Origin: an uncultured Eubacteriales bacterium
Lineage (GTDB): Bacteria > Bacillota > Clostridia > TANB77 > UBA1234
DNA: 27,551 nucleotides
Assembly: GCA_964602275.1 (NCBI GenBank)
Contig: CAZRQF010000010.1
Coordinates: 1-27,551 of the forward strand
Direction of reading: 5' to 3'
Positions 15,261 through 22,898 of the stretch are shown here, piece by piece; the first letter of the stretch is position 1, and every line of letters begins with the position of its first letter. The translations under genes were made by a program, and so were the position numbers. The notes below the pieces were generated by a model that worked only from the letters and a program-made list of their open reading frames with translations, was not told where the DNA came from and made no database searches.

Positions 15261-16295
15261 TTACATGTTTTTATATACATATTCAATTGCATTTAATACA
15301 ATCTTTTCATCTTCTGGATTATCTTGTAATCGCATTAACATATTTTTTGTAAATATTCCTTTAAGTGTATCCTGCTTTGCAATTTCTTCAAGATTATACT
15401 CCAAATGCGTGTTATCGATAATTTCAGTTATATAGTTAGGTAACTCACTAACACTTTCTTTTAATTTTTGAATTGCTACATGTCTTGTACCCGTAAGGAC
15501 TAATCTATATATATCATTTTCCATATGCAAATTATCTATAATTTCTTGAACCGTTTGAAAATCGCTAATATCAATTTCTTTTATAACAAACTGTTGCTCA
15601 TCCATCTTTTTAAATTCAATATTTACTTTTTTGTCTACAACCTCTCCTATAATCAATCCATGCTCAGAAAGTTCGTCAAATCCACCCGCTAATAAACTGC
15701 CAGGATAGATTATATTTGAATCATCAATTTTTGGCATGTGAATATGCCCAAGTGCAACATAATCAAACTTCTGCAAATTTTTAGACTTCATATCATTATA
15801 TTTGTGTGTTACTCCATCTAAATTACCATGTGCAATTAAAATGTTAGTCTTACTCTCATCAACATCAATTTCGGAAACAACATCTCTATCAAATTCATAA
15901 TCATCAAATCCAAAGCCGTATACATTTATGCCTGCTACTTCATACATTCCTACATCACTACCAAAAATATATACATTTTCTGGCCAATCATATACATTGT
16001 ATGGCGAGTTCTTAATTAACGGATCATGATTTCCAGGAGTAATAAACACTTTAATATCTGGTATATCATTTAAGCAAGAAATAACATACTTAATTGTATC
16101 TTCTTCAACATATTTATTTTCAAACAAATCACCTGCAATAAAAACTGCATCTACATGCTCAGCTTTTGCAAGCTCAATACTTCTTTTAAAAACTTGCTTT
16201 TGGCTATTTCTTCTTTTTTTCACAAGCTCTCTATTAGATTTAATAGAAGAAAAAACCATATCAAAATGAACATCAGCAAAATGTATAAATTTCAA
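15261..16295 (-). CDS. yhaO: SbcD/Mre11-like metallophosphoesterase of the YhaO (SbcF) type
   Basis: The calcineurin-like phosphoesterase motifs appear in order: HFADVHFD, IAGDLFE, TPGNHD, IAHGNLDG, LGHIHMP. The start codon is TTG at 16295, 7 nt after GGGAGG. The gene is translationally adjacent to the SbcC-like gene. Confidence 0.85.
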   Translation of the reverse strand: MKFIHFADVHFDMVFSSIKSNRELVKKRRNSQKQVFKRSIELAKAEHVDAVFIAGDLFENKYVEEDTIKYVISCLNDIPDIKVFITPGNHDPLIKNSPYNVYDWPENVYIFGSDVGMYEVAGINVYGFGFDDYEFDRDVVSEIDVDESKTNILIAHGNLDGVTHKYNDMKSKNLQKFDYVALGHIHMPKIDDSNIIYPGSLLAGGFDELSEHGLIIGEVVDKKVNIEFKKMDEQQFVIKEIDISDFQTVQEIIDNLHMENDIYRLVLTGTRHVAIQKLKESVSELPNYITEIIDNTHLEYNLEEIAKQDTLKGIFTKNMLMRLQDNPEDEKIVLNAIEYVYKNM

Positions 16296-16327
16296 TTTGA
16301 AACCTCCCTATAAAAAAATATATATAA

Positions 16328-16356
16328 ATTATAAATCTAAGCAAAAATACTTTCAA
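16328..16356 (-). promoter_or_regulatory. Sigma-A-type promoter of the yhaO-yhaN operon
   Basis: The minus strand reads TTGAAA (16356-16351), a 17-nt spacer, then TATAAT (16333-16328). Confidence 0.6.
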
Positions 16357-16445
16357 GCGAACACGCAAATATATTTTACATCCGGCAAAGTAGCCTCACA
16401 AAAACATAGCAAAATCTTTGGTATAGTAGATATGCAAAAATGCGA

Positions 16446-16470
16446 TAAAAAAATCCGACTGTTGTCGGAT
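16446..16470 (-). terminator. Rho-independent terminator immediately after the coupling-protein gene
   Basis: Stem ATCCGAC (16453-16459) / GTCGGAT (16464-16470) with a 4-nt loop. A 7-T run follows on the minus strand (A-run 16446-16452). The hairpin starts right after the TAA at 16471-16473. Confidence 0.85.
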
Positions 16471-18513
16471 TTATTCGCTATATGTATTTTTCTTCTTTGG
16501 AGTTCCAAATAATTCATCAAATCTTTTTTCTAATTCTGCTTGCAAGTCATAATCATCCGGAAGTTCACGCACAGGCTCTGCCACTTGCACTTCTTTTTCT
16601 TTTGGAGCTTGCATTTGTGTTTCTCCTAAGCCTTTAAACATATCACCCGTACTTACTAACGGTTCTTCTACTGCTACTTTTACTTTCTCTTCTTTTGGCT
16701 TTGGTGTTGGTGCTGCAAATATATCGTCAAATGTTGGCATTCCAAATCCGCCATCTGCATCATTTCCAGCTATTATTTCATATGGATTTGTTATTTTATA
16801 ATTTCCTCTCTTTGTTTCTGTAGCGTCTAAATGGCTTATTTCACAAGCGGCTGCTTGTTTACGAAGAGGATGCATTTTGAAGTACCAATATTTTTGTGCT
16901 TTTATTGGACGCATACCTTGTATCAATATTATGCACTCTTGCGTGCTCATTCTTCTTAGTTCGTCTGGTGTCATTAACGCTCTTGCCATTATTTGGTCTG
17001 AGTAACCTCTTCCACTTGTATGTCCATCTTTATCTTCATTTTTTGATACGCTATCTCTTTTTATAGTTTTTTCACCTAGTTGTTTTGAAAATGTTTCTAA
17101 TGTTTTTTGTGCATTACTTCCTAAGAATAAATGTGTGCTACAATTTGCCATGATATTTTCTGTTACTTTTTCATCGTATATTTCCATTAACTGATCTATA
17201 CTTTGTAAAATTATGCTTATATGTAATCTCTTTGATCTACATGTACTTAATACTCTTTCAAAATTTGGTATTCTTCCGATATTTGCAAATTCATCTAATA
17301 TTAAAAACATTGGTACTGGAAGTGCACCACCGTTTTGATCACCAAATTCATATAATCTTTGGAACAATTGTGAAAAGAATATATTCATTAAAAAGTCGTA
17401 TGTGCTATGGCTTTCAGGTGTTATAAAGTATAATACAGATTTTTCTTTCGCCAATTCTTCAAATTCTATTGTATTTGTACTTGTTAATGCTGCTATTTCT
17501 TCTGAGTCAAAAGCTTCAAGCTTTGCAGCAAGTGAAACTAAGATGTTTGAAAATGTTTTTTCTGAACCAAGCCTTATTGTTTCAAAAGCTCTTCTTGCTG
17601 GATTGTCAAAAGGCAACTCCATAAACAAATTCATTAAATCTTCGCCTTCATTTTCTCCACCAAGTCTTACTAATGCTAAACAACTAGCAAGTGAATGTTC
17701 TTCTTCTGGTCTATTTAAAAGTACATAATACATCATTGCTTTTAAAAGTGCTTCTGATGTTTGATCCCAAAATGGATCGCCACCTTTTCCGCCGCCTTTT
17801 TCATCTTTTTTAGAAATTATTTTTGCTATAATATCTACATCGGTTGTATTTCTTATATGTGCCATTGGATTATATCCATCACTGTATCTAGGATCTGCCA
17901 AATTTATTACATGGATTTTATAGCCTTTTGCCTTAAATATTCCCGCTGTTCTGTCATATAGCTCTCCTTTAGGGTCTGTAAAAATGTACGACCCCAACAT
18001 TTGAAAAGCATTTGGAATAGCAAAAGATGCCGACTTACCAGAACCAGAACCACCTATTACTAAAATGTTACCATTTTTTGCTTCTGGTGGCTTTGGGATA
18101 ACTGGCAAATAATGATTTGCCGATAATATAAAACCTTCTTTTTTGCTAAGTACATTATACTCTTCACCTTTTGCCCAGTCACCAGAGCCATGTTCTATAT
18201 CTTTATATTCATTATCTCCAGTATTTTTAAACATCATAAATATTCCAAGTGCAAGTACAGCTATTCCAGTATATTTTAAACCATTTCCATAGTCTTTGAT
18301 TCCATCGCCGAAAGAATAGCTTAAATTATCGCCAAAATTTTGAATATTGTTAAACGATTCAATTAATGTTGGAATAAGAGCAGCATTTTCTTCTGCAATT
18401 AATTTATCATATGCTGTTTTTACATAAGCTGGAACGACAGTAAGGGCTAGTGCCACAAACACTACCCCCATAAGCACAAGTATTGCTTTATTTTTGCTTA
18501 GCCATGCTTTCAT
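16471..18513 (-). CDS. Type IV secretion coupling protein (T4CP), VirD4/TraG family
   Basis: There are two N-terminal TM helices (AILVLMGVVFVALALTVVPAYV, GIAVLALGIFMMF). Walker A is NILVIGGSGSGKSASF. The DPKGE motif is present (FTDPKGELY). Walker B is PMFLILDEFANIGRIP. The C-terminal tail is acidic. ATG at 18513 lies 8 nt after GGAGG. Confidence 0.9.
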   Translation of the reverse strand: MKAWLSKNKAILVLMGVVFVALALTVVPAYVKTAYDKLIAEENAALIPTLIESFNNIQNFGDNLSYSFGDGIKDYGNGLKYTGIAVLALGIFMMFKNTGDNEYKDIEHGSGDWAKGEEYNVLSKKEGFILSANHYLPVIPKPPEAKNGNILVIGGSGSGKSASFAIPNAFQMLGSYIFTDPKGELYDRTAGIFKAKGYKIHVINLADPRYSDGYNPMAHIRNTTDVDIIAKIISKKDEKGGGKGGDPFWDQTSEALLKAMMYYVLLNRPEEEHSLASCLALVRLGGENEGEDLMNLFMELPFDNPARRAFETIRLGSEKTFSNILVSLAAKLEAFDSEEIAALTSTNTIEFEELAKEKSVLYFITPESHSTYDFLMNIFFSQLFQRLYEFGDQNGGALPVPMFLILDEFANIGRIPNFERVLSTCRSKRLHISIILQSIDQLMEIYDEKVTENIMANCSTHLFLGSNAQKTLETFSKQLGEKTIKRDSVSKNEDKDGHTSGRGYSDQIMARALMTPDELRRMSTQECIILIQGMRPIKAQKYWYFKMHPLRKQAAACEISHLDATETKRGNYKITNPYEIIAGNDADGGFGMPTFDDIFAAPTPKPKEEKVKVAVEEPLVSTGDMFKGLGETQMQAPKEKEVQVAEPVRELPDDYDLQAELEKRFDELFGTPKKKNTYSE

Positions 18514-18556
18514 TCATGGTTCCTCCTTTGTAATTTGTTTAAATAAGAAAAGTTAA

Positions 18557-18730
18557 TTATTCTCCTACTTCTACTTCTTCTCTTGCTTTTGCTTGTTCTA
18601 ACGCTTCTTTTGCATCGTAATTGTTGTCAACTGTTGGAACATGATCTTTGCCATATTCACGAGATTTTCCTTTAGTAGGAGTGAACCTTGATTTACTATC
18701 ACTTGTTCCTAATCCCATGTTAATTCTCAT
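18557..18730 (-). CDS. Small hydrophilic protein, 57 aa (not in the supplied ORF track, below its size cutoff)
   Basis: My own translation of the minus strand gives MRINMGLGTSDSKSRFTPTKGKSREYGKDHVPTVDNNYDAKEALEQAKAREEVEVGE, followed by TAA. ATG at 18730 lies 9 nt after AAAGGGG. The ORF exactly fills the gap between the upstream ORF and the T4CP gene. Confidence 0.5.
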   Translation of the reverse strand: MRINMGLGTSDSKSRFTPTKGKSREYGKDHVPTVDNNYDAKEALEQAKAREEVEVGE

Positions 18731-18756
18731 CGCTTAAAACCCCTTTCAAAATTTAA

Positions 18757-19266
18757 CTAATCTCTTACCTCTAATGCTATATACGATTTGTTTGGCAACA
18801 TTTTTATTTTTGCCTTAACTTCATTTGCTTCGCTATCATAATAAAGTACAGGCTTTACTTCGTCACCAGCTTCTGGATCTATTATTGAAATCGGGCGTCT
18901 AAAATTAGGAGTATATTTTATATCTGTATATTCAGTAGCTTCTGTGCTATACAACTTTTTATAAGTTACAAAATCTGCTTTCTAGCCTACTGAAAGTTGG
19001 CCTGTTTCAAATGTTGCAGAATTTAATAATGCCTTACCATTGCCAACAGTCAAAAGCACTAAATCTTTTTTTGCATTTTCTGCTTCTCCATCGTTAAAAT
19101 AAAAAGTCTTTTTGATGCCTTCCGCTTCTTGCTTTACGGAACAATCAAGCTTTTGTAATGTGTACACCGCTTCACTATTCTCATCCGCTTTACTAATTAA
19201 AAAGGCTAATGTCTTCATATCATTCGGATCTAGTACTGTAAAATTTGAATTTTCTAATTCTCCCAT
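18757..19266 (-). pseudogene. 170-codon ORF of unknown function interrupted by one in-frame TAG (18982-18984); either a nonsense pseudogene or a 94-aa product with a silent tail
   Basis: Track ORFs 18982..19311 and 18757..18954 are in the same frame (19311, 18981 and 18954 are congruent mod 3). The junction reads ...GQLSVG-TAG-KADFVTYKKLYSTEA.... The downstream piece starts at a TTG with no RBS. The upstream piece has a good start at 19266 (AAAGGAG, 7 nt, then ATG; MGELENSNF...). The ATG at 19311 would lie at or before the predicted transcription start. Confidence 0.55.
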
Positions 19267-19317
19267 CTTTTTACTCCTTTTCCTGTTTAACGCCATTAAT
19301 TTCATTAGCATAATTTA

Positions 19318-19346
19318 ATTATACAACCAAATTATGTAAATGTCAA
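19318..19346 (-). promoter_or_regulatory. Perfect-consensus sigma-A promoter driving the unknown-ORF / 57-aa / T4CP cassette
   Basis: The minus strand reads TTGACA (19346-19341), exactly 17 nt, then TATAAT (19323-19318). The -35 overlaps the TGA stop of the cbpA-like gene (19343-19345). Confidence 0.7.
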
Positions 19347-20252
19347 TTTATTCTAGGCGTTTCACATGATATATTTTTTAATTGTTTATATAATTGAGTT
19401 TCCTCTTTTGATAACTGCTTTGGTACTACTATTTTTACTTCTGTAAGCATATCGCCTCGTGTGCCATACCCATCATAATATCCATGTCCCGCAATTCTAA
19501 GTCTTTCGCCTGACTGAATGCCTGCTGGCACTTCAACTAAAACCTTTGAATCAATTGTTTGAAGCTCTATACTTGTGCCAAGTGCTGCTTCCCATGGAGT
19601 AAGCGGTAAATCTGTAACTATGTCTGCACCGTCTAACTTGTACTTTTCATGTTGCAAAATATTTACCTTAATGTATAAGTCGCCCTGCGTGCCACCATTT
19701 TTACCGTAATTTTCCTTGCTCGGCAATTCTAATTTTGCCACCATTTCTTATGCCTTGTGGTATTTTAATTGTAATGGTTTTTATTTTTCCATCTGATGTT
19801 TTAAAAGCTATCTTTTTTTCTTCTCCCCAAAATACCTCTTCAAGTGTAACATCTATTTCAGACTCTATATCTTCTCCGGGAATTGGAATATCTTTTTTGT
19901 TTTTTTTATCTAAGTTTGTAACAGCTTTTTTTTCGTTTTTTCCAACAAACATCTCAAAAAAATCACTAAAACCACTTTCACCATTAAAAGCTTCTTTAAT
20001 GTTAGTAAAATTAAATCCGTCTTTTATTTTGTAAGCGAAATGCAATCTATCGTATTTTTTCTTAGATTCTTCGTTACCTAACACTTGATATGCTTCATTA
20101 ATATTTTTAAAATTTTCCGCCGCTAATGCATCCCCAGGATTAATATCAGGATGATACTTTTTAGCAAGCTTTCTATATGAACTTTTTATATCTTCTTCAG
20201 TTGCTTTGTCGCTATTTAAGCCTAAAATTTTATAATAATTTTTATACTTCAC
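19343..20252 (-). pseudogene. cbpA: CbpA-like J-domain co-chaperone (DnaJ class without zinc finger), split by a 1-nt frameshift
   Basis: The J domain is KNYYKILGLNSDKATEEDIKSSYRKLAKKYHPDINPGD. The DnaJ C-terminal domain continues in the overlapping ORF (GKNGGTQGDLYIKVNI...PLTPWEAALGTSIEL...GERLRIAGHG). The total length of 910 nt is not a multiple of 3. Removing one A from the A4 run (plus-strand T4 at 19710-19713) gives ...IRIAEQGNYGKNGGTQGDLY..., which matches the spacing of E. coli CbpA ...GQGTPGENGGPNGDLW.... The start codon is GTG at 20252. Confidence 0.8.
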
Positions 20253-20287
20253 TTTACTTCCATTCCTTACAAAAAACTTCTATAAAA

Positions 20288-20315
20288 ATTATATCATATT
20301 ATTTGGGCTTGTAAA
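20288..20315 (-). promoter_or_regulatory. Sigma-A-type promoter of the cbpA-like gene
   Basis: The minus strand reads TTTACA (20315-20310), a 16-nt spacer, then TATAAT (20293-20288). A TG dinucleotide lies one base upstream of the -10, making it an extended -10. Confidence 0.6.
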
Positions 20316-20357
20316 GTTTTTTTAACTCAAGCTTGCTTATATAAAGTACCATCATGA

Positions 20358-22556
20358 CTATTTCTTAAGCCTTAATGCATTTAATATTACTGTTATGCTA
20401 CTTATGACCATAGCAAAGCTTGCAATCATTGGATTTACAGCAATTCCTATTGGCTTTAATACGCCTATTGCAATCGGTATCATTAACGCATTATAGAAAA
20501 ATGCCCAAAATAAATTTTGCTTTATATTTTTTATAGTTTTCTTGCTAATATCTATAAGTTCTACAATAGAAGTTAACTCGTTTTTTATTAGCAAAACATC
20601 TGCAGAATCCATAGCTATATCCGTTCCGCTTTTTACACTTACACCTATGTCTGCTGTTGCTAGTGCCGGGCTATCATTTACCCCATCGCCACACATCATT
20701 ACATGCCTACCATCTTGTTTTAGTTTTTTTATTACATTTAATTTCTCTGCCGGCAAAACATTTGAAATCACTTTAGAAATATTTATTTCTTTTGCTATTT
20801 TCTCTGCAGTTTCTTTGTTATCGCCCGTTAGCATAATAGTCTGAATTTTATTATCATGTAACTTTTCAATAACTTCACATACATTATCTCTTATAATGTC
20901 GTTTACTCCTATTAGTGCAATTATTTCTGCTTCTTTTACAACATAAATTACACTATTGCCTTGGCTTGCCAATTTCTTTTCATCTGCACTATATTTATTT
21001 TCAATATTATATTTTTCAAGCATTTTTGCGTTTCCTAACAATACGCTTGAATTTTCTATTTTTCCTACTATTCCAAAGCCTTGCAAGTCTTCAAAATCTT
21101 TTACTTCTAATTTTTTAATTTTATTTTCTCTTAAATAATTTTTAAGCGCCTCACTTATAGGGTGAGTTGATTTTTCTTCAAGACTTCCAGCAAGTTGCAT
21201 TATTTCTTCATTTGTAAATTTAGAATAATTTTTTATTTCAGAAATTTTCAATTTTCCATAAGTAAGTGTACCTGTTTTATCAAAAACTACCGTATCAATT
21301 TTAGAAGCCGTTTCTAAGACTTCGCTCTTTTTTATTAATATGCCATTTGATGCACATTTGCCTTCACTTACAACTATTGCAAGCGGAGTTGCTAGCCCTA
21401 GACTACATGGACAAGCAATAACCAAAATTGTAACAAATGTTACTAATGCGGTTTGAAAAGTGCTGCCACAAATTAAATAAAATAAGAAAGTAACTATTGC
21501 TATACTAATAACTACCGGCACAAAATATCCAGAAACTTTATCCGCCAATTTTGAAATAGGTGCTTTGGTATTAGTTGCTTCTAAAACCAATTTTACAATT
21601 TCTGAAATAGTAGATTCTTTTCCAATTTTCAAGGCTTTATACTCGATATATCCATTATAATTTAAACTTCCTGCAATAACTTTATCTCCCACATTTTTTA
21701 ATTGTGGCTTACTTTCACCTGTAATAAAAGCTTCGTTCAAATGTGCCTTACCATATGTTATCTCGCCGTCTACCGCAAGCTTTTCACCCGGTTTACTTAT
21801 TACAATATCGCCTTTTTTTATTTCATCAATTGTAACAATTTTTTCTTTACCATCTACTTTTATAGTTGCATTATTAGGTGTCATTTCAACAAGTTTTTGA
21901 ATAGCTTCTTTTGTTTTGTCTTTACTTATGCCGTCTATGTATCTTCCCAATTTCACAAAATATATAACTATTGCGGTTGATTCAAAATATAAATTTTCTA
22001 TATATGATATATCCCCATTTAATATTTTGTACATACTAAATATGCTATATAAAAAACTGCTAATTACCCCAATGCCAACCAAAGTATCCATGTTTGGAGT
22101 AGCATGTATTAAATTCTTATAACCATTTTTTATAATGCCAAAACCATAAATTATAAAAATTATGGCAAACATCATAAGCGTTACTACATAGTTAACAGGA
22201 TTAAGATGTGGATTTAAAAATTTAATCGTAGGTAATCCTATCATATGTCCCATTGAAATATACATGAGTATGATTGCTAAAACTGAAAAAATAATAAAAA
22301 CTATCTTTTCTCTTTTAGTCTTGTTTTCTACTTTTAATTCTTTAAACTCGCCTAAACTTTTAAAGCCTGCTTTTGCCACAAACTCTTCTAGTTTAGCCTG
22401 ATTTAAAATCTTCTCATCATACTCAATAAAAGCATTTGCCATAACAAGATTAACACTTGCATTTATAACTCCATTTTGTTTATTCAAATATTTTTCCAAA
22501 CCGTTAGAGCATGCACTACATGTCATTCCCTCGATAGATAAAATAATTTTTTTCAT
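20358..22556 (-). CDS. copA: Copper-translocating P1B-type ATPase
   Basis: The N-terminal HMA domain carries GMTCSACSNGLE. The transmembrane CPC motif is ACPCSLGLATP. The phosphorylation site is VFDKTGTLT. The hinge is MCGDGVNDSPALA. The gene lies 3 nt downstream of copZ. Confidence 0.95.
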   Translation of the reverse strand: MKKIILSIEGMTCSACSNGLEKYLNKQNGVINASVNLVMANAFIEYDEKILNQAKLEEFVAKAGFKSLGEFKELKVENKTKREKIVFIIFSVLAIILMYISMGHMIGLPTIKFLNPHLNPVNYVVTLMMFAIIFIIYGFGIIKNGYKNLIHATPNMDTLVGIGVISSFLYSIFSMYKILNGDISYIENLYFESTAIVIYFVKLGRYIDGISKDKTKEAIQKLVEMTPNNATIKVDGKEKIVTIDEIKKGDIVISKPGEKLAVDGEITYGKAHLNEAFITGESKPQLKNVGDKVIAGSLNYNGYIEYKALKIGKESTISEIVKLVLEATNTKAPISKLADKVSGYFVPVVISIAIVTFLFYLICGSTFQTALVTFVTILVIACPCSLGLATPLAIVVSEGKCASNGILIKKSEVLETASKIDTVVFDKTGTLTYGKLKISEIKNYSKFTNEEIMQLAGSLEEKSTHPISEALKNYLRENKIKKLEVKDFEDLQGFGIVGKIENSSVLLGNAKMLEKYNIENKYSADEKKLASQGNSVIYVVKEAEIIALIGVNDIIRDNVCEVIEKLHDNKIQTIMLTGDNKETAEKIAKEINISKVISNVLPAEKLNVIKKLKQDGRHVMMCGDGVNDSPALATADIGVSVKSGTDIAMDSADVLLIKNELTSIVELIDISKKTIKNIKQNLFWAFFYNALMIPIAIGVLKPIGIAVNPMIASFAMVISSITVILNALRLKK

Positions 22557-22559
22557 AAA

Positions 22560-22769
22560 CTATCCCTCTATAATTTCAAATCCTAAATCTTCGATTGCTT
22601 CTTTAACTGCACTTATATCAGCATCATCATTTGCAGAAATATTAACAGTACCCTCTACATGACTTGCCAAAACTTCTTCAACACCTTCAAGCAAACTTAC
22701 AGCATTTTTTATACGATTTTCACAACCTGTGCACATCATGCCATTAACTTTTAAAACTATTTTTTTCAT
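22560..22769 (-). CDS. copZ: Copper chaperone CopZ (single HMA domain, 69 aa)
   Basis: MKKIVLKVNGMMCTGCENRIKNAV carries the MxCxxC metal-binding motif of a ferredoxin-fold HMA domain. It sits directly upstream of copA. GGAGG lies 9 nt before the ATG. Confidence 0.9.
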   Translation of the reverse strand: MKKIVLKVNGMMCTGCENRIKNAVSLLEGVEEVLASHVEGTVNISANDDADISAVKEAIEDLGFEIIEG

Positions 22770-22805
22770 AATTTAACCTCCATAAAATTAATAATTTCAC
22801 TTTCT

Positions 22806-22824
22806 ATTTTATCACAACAATGAT
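22806..22824 (-). promoter_or_regulatory. Possible extended -10 promoter of copZA overlapped by a short inverted repeat (candidate operator)
   Basis: The minus strand reads TGATAAAAT (22814-22806), which fits TGnTAAAAT. The -35 is poor (CTAGAT). The inverted repeat ATCA-N6-TGAT (22811-22824) overlaps the -10 and spacer. Confidence 0.3.
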
Positions 22825-22840
22825 AAAAATCTAGTGAAAT

Positions 22841-22870
22841 TTGACATACACATTCTGCTTGTAGTAAAAT
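22841..22870 (+). promoter_or_regulatory. Sigma-A-type promoter of the 618-aa membrane protein gene
   Basis: TTGACA (22841-22846), an 18-nt spacer, then TAAAAT (22865-22870). This is ~28 nt upstream of the GAGGTG RBS and ATG at 22899. Confidence 0.55.
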
Positions 22871-22898
22871 ATTATTAATATATTTATGAGGTGATTTT

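Noticed and set aside
16297-16512. A 71-aa plus-strand ORF between yhaO and the T4CP gene.
   Set aside because: It covers the yhaO promoter and the T4CP terminator and overlaps the T4CP 3' end. It has no RBS.
18982-18984. The in-frame TAG considered as pyrrolysine or reassigned-stop decoding.
   Set aside because: TAG terminates the giant gene at 5934-5936, immediately before the next gene's RBS. No pyl genes or PYLIS-like context are visible. A nonsense mutation or a base-call error is simpler.
16471-20252. Calling this region an integrative conjugative element or mobile element.
   Set aside because: Only a coupling protein is present. The window contains no relaxase, VirB4, integrase, oriT-like nick site or flanking direct repeats that I could see.
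14372-22122. Plus-strand ORFs overlapping yhaN, the T4CP gene, the unknown ORF, cbpA and copA (for example 14372..14740, 17402..17728, 19735..20034, 20542..20844).
   Set aside because: All lie antisense within motif-supported minus-strand genes. I judge them spurious.
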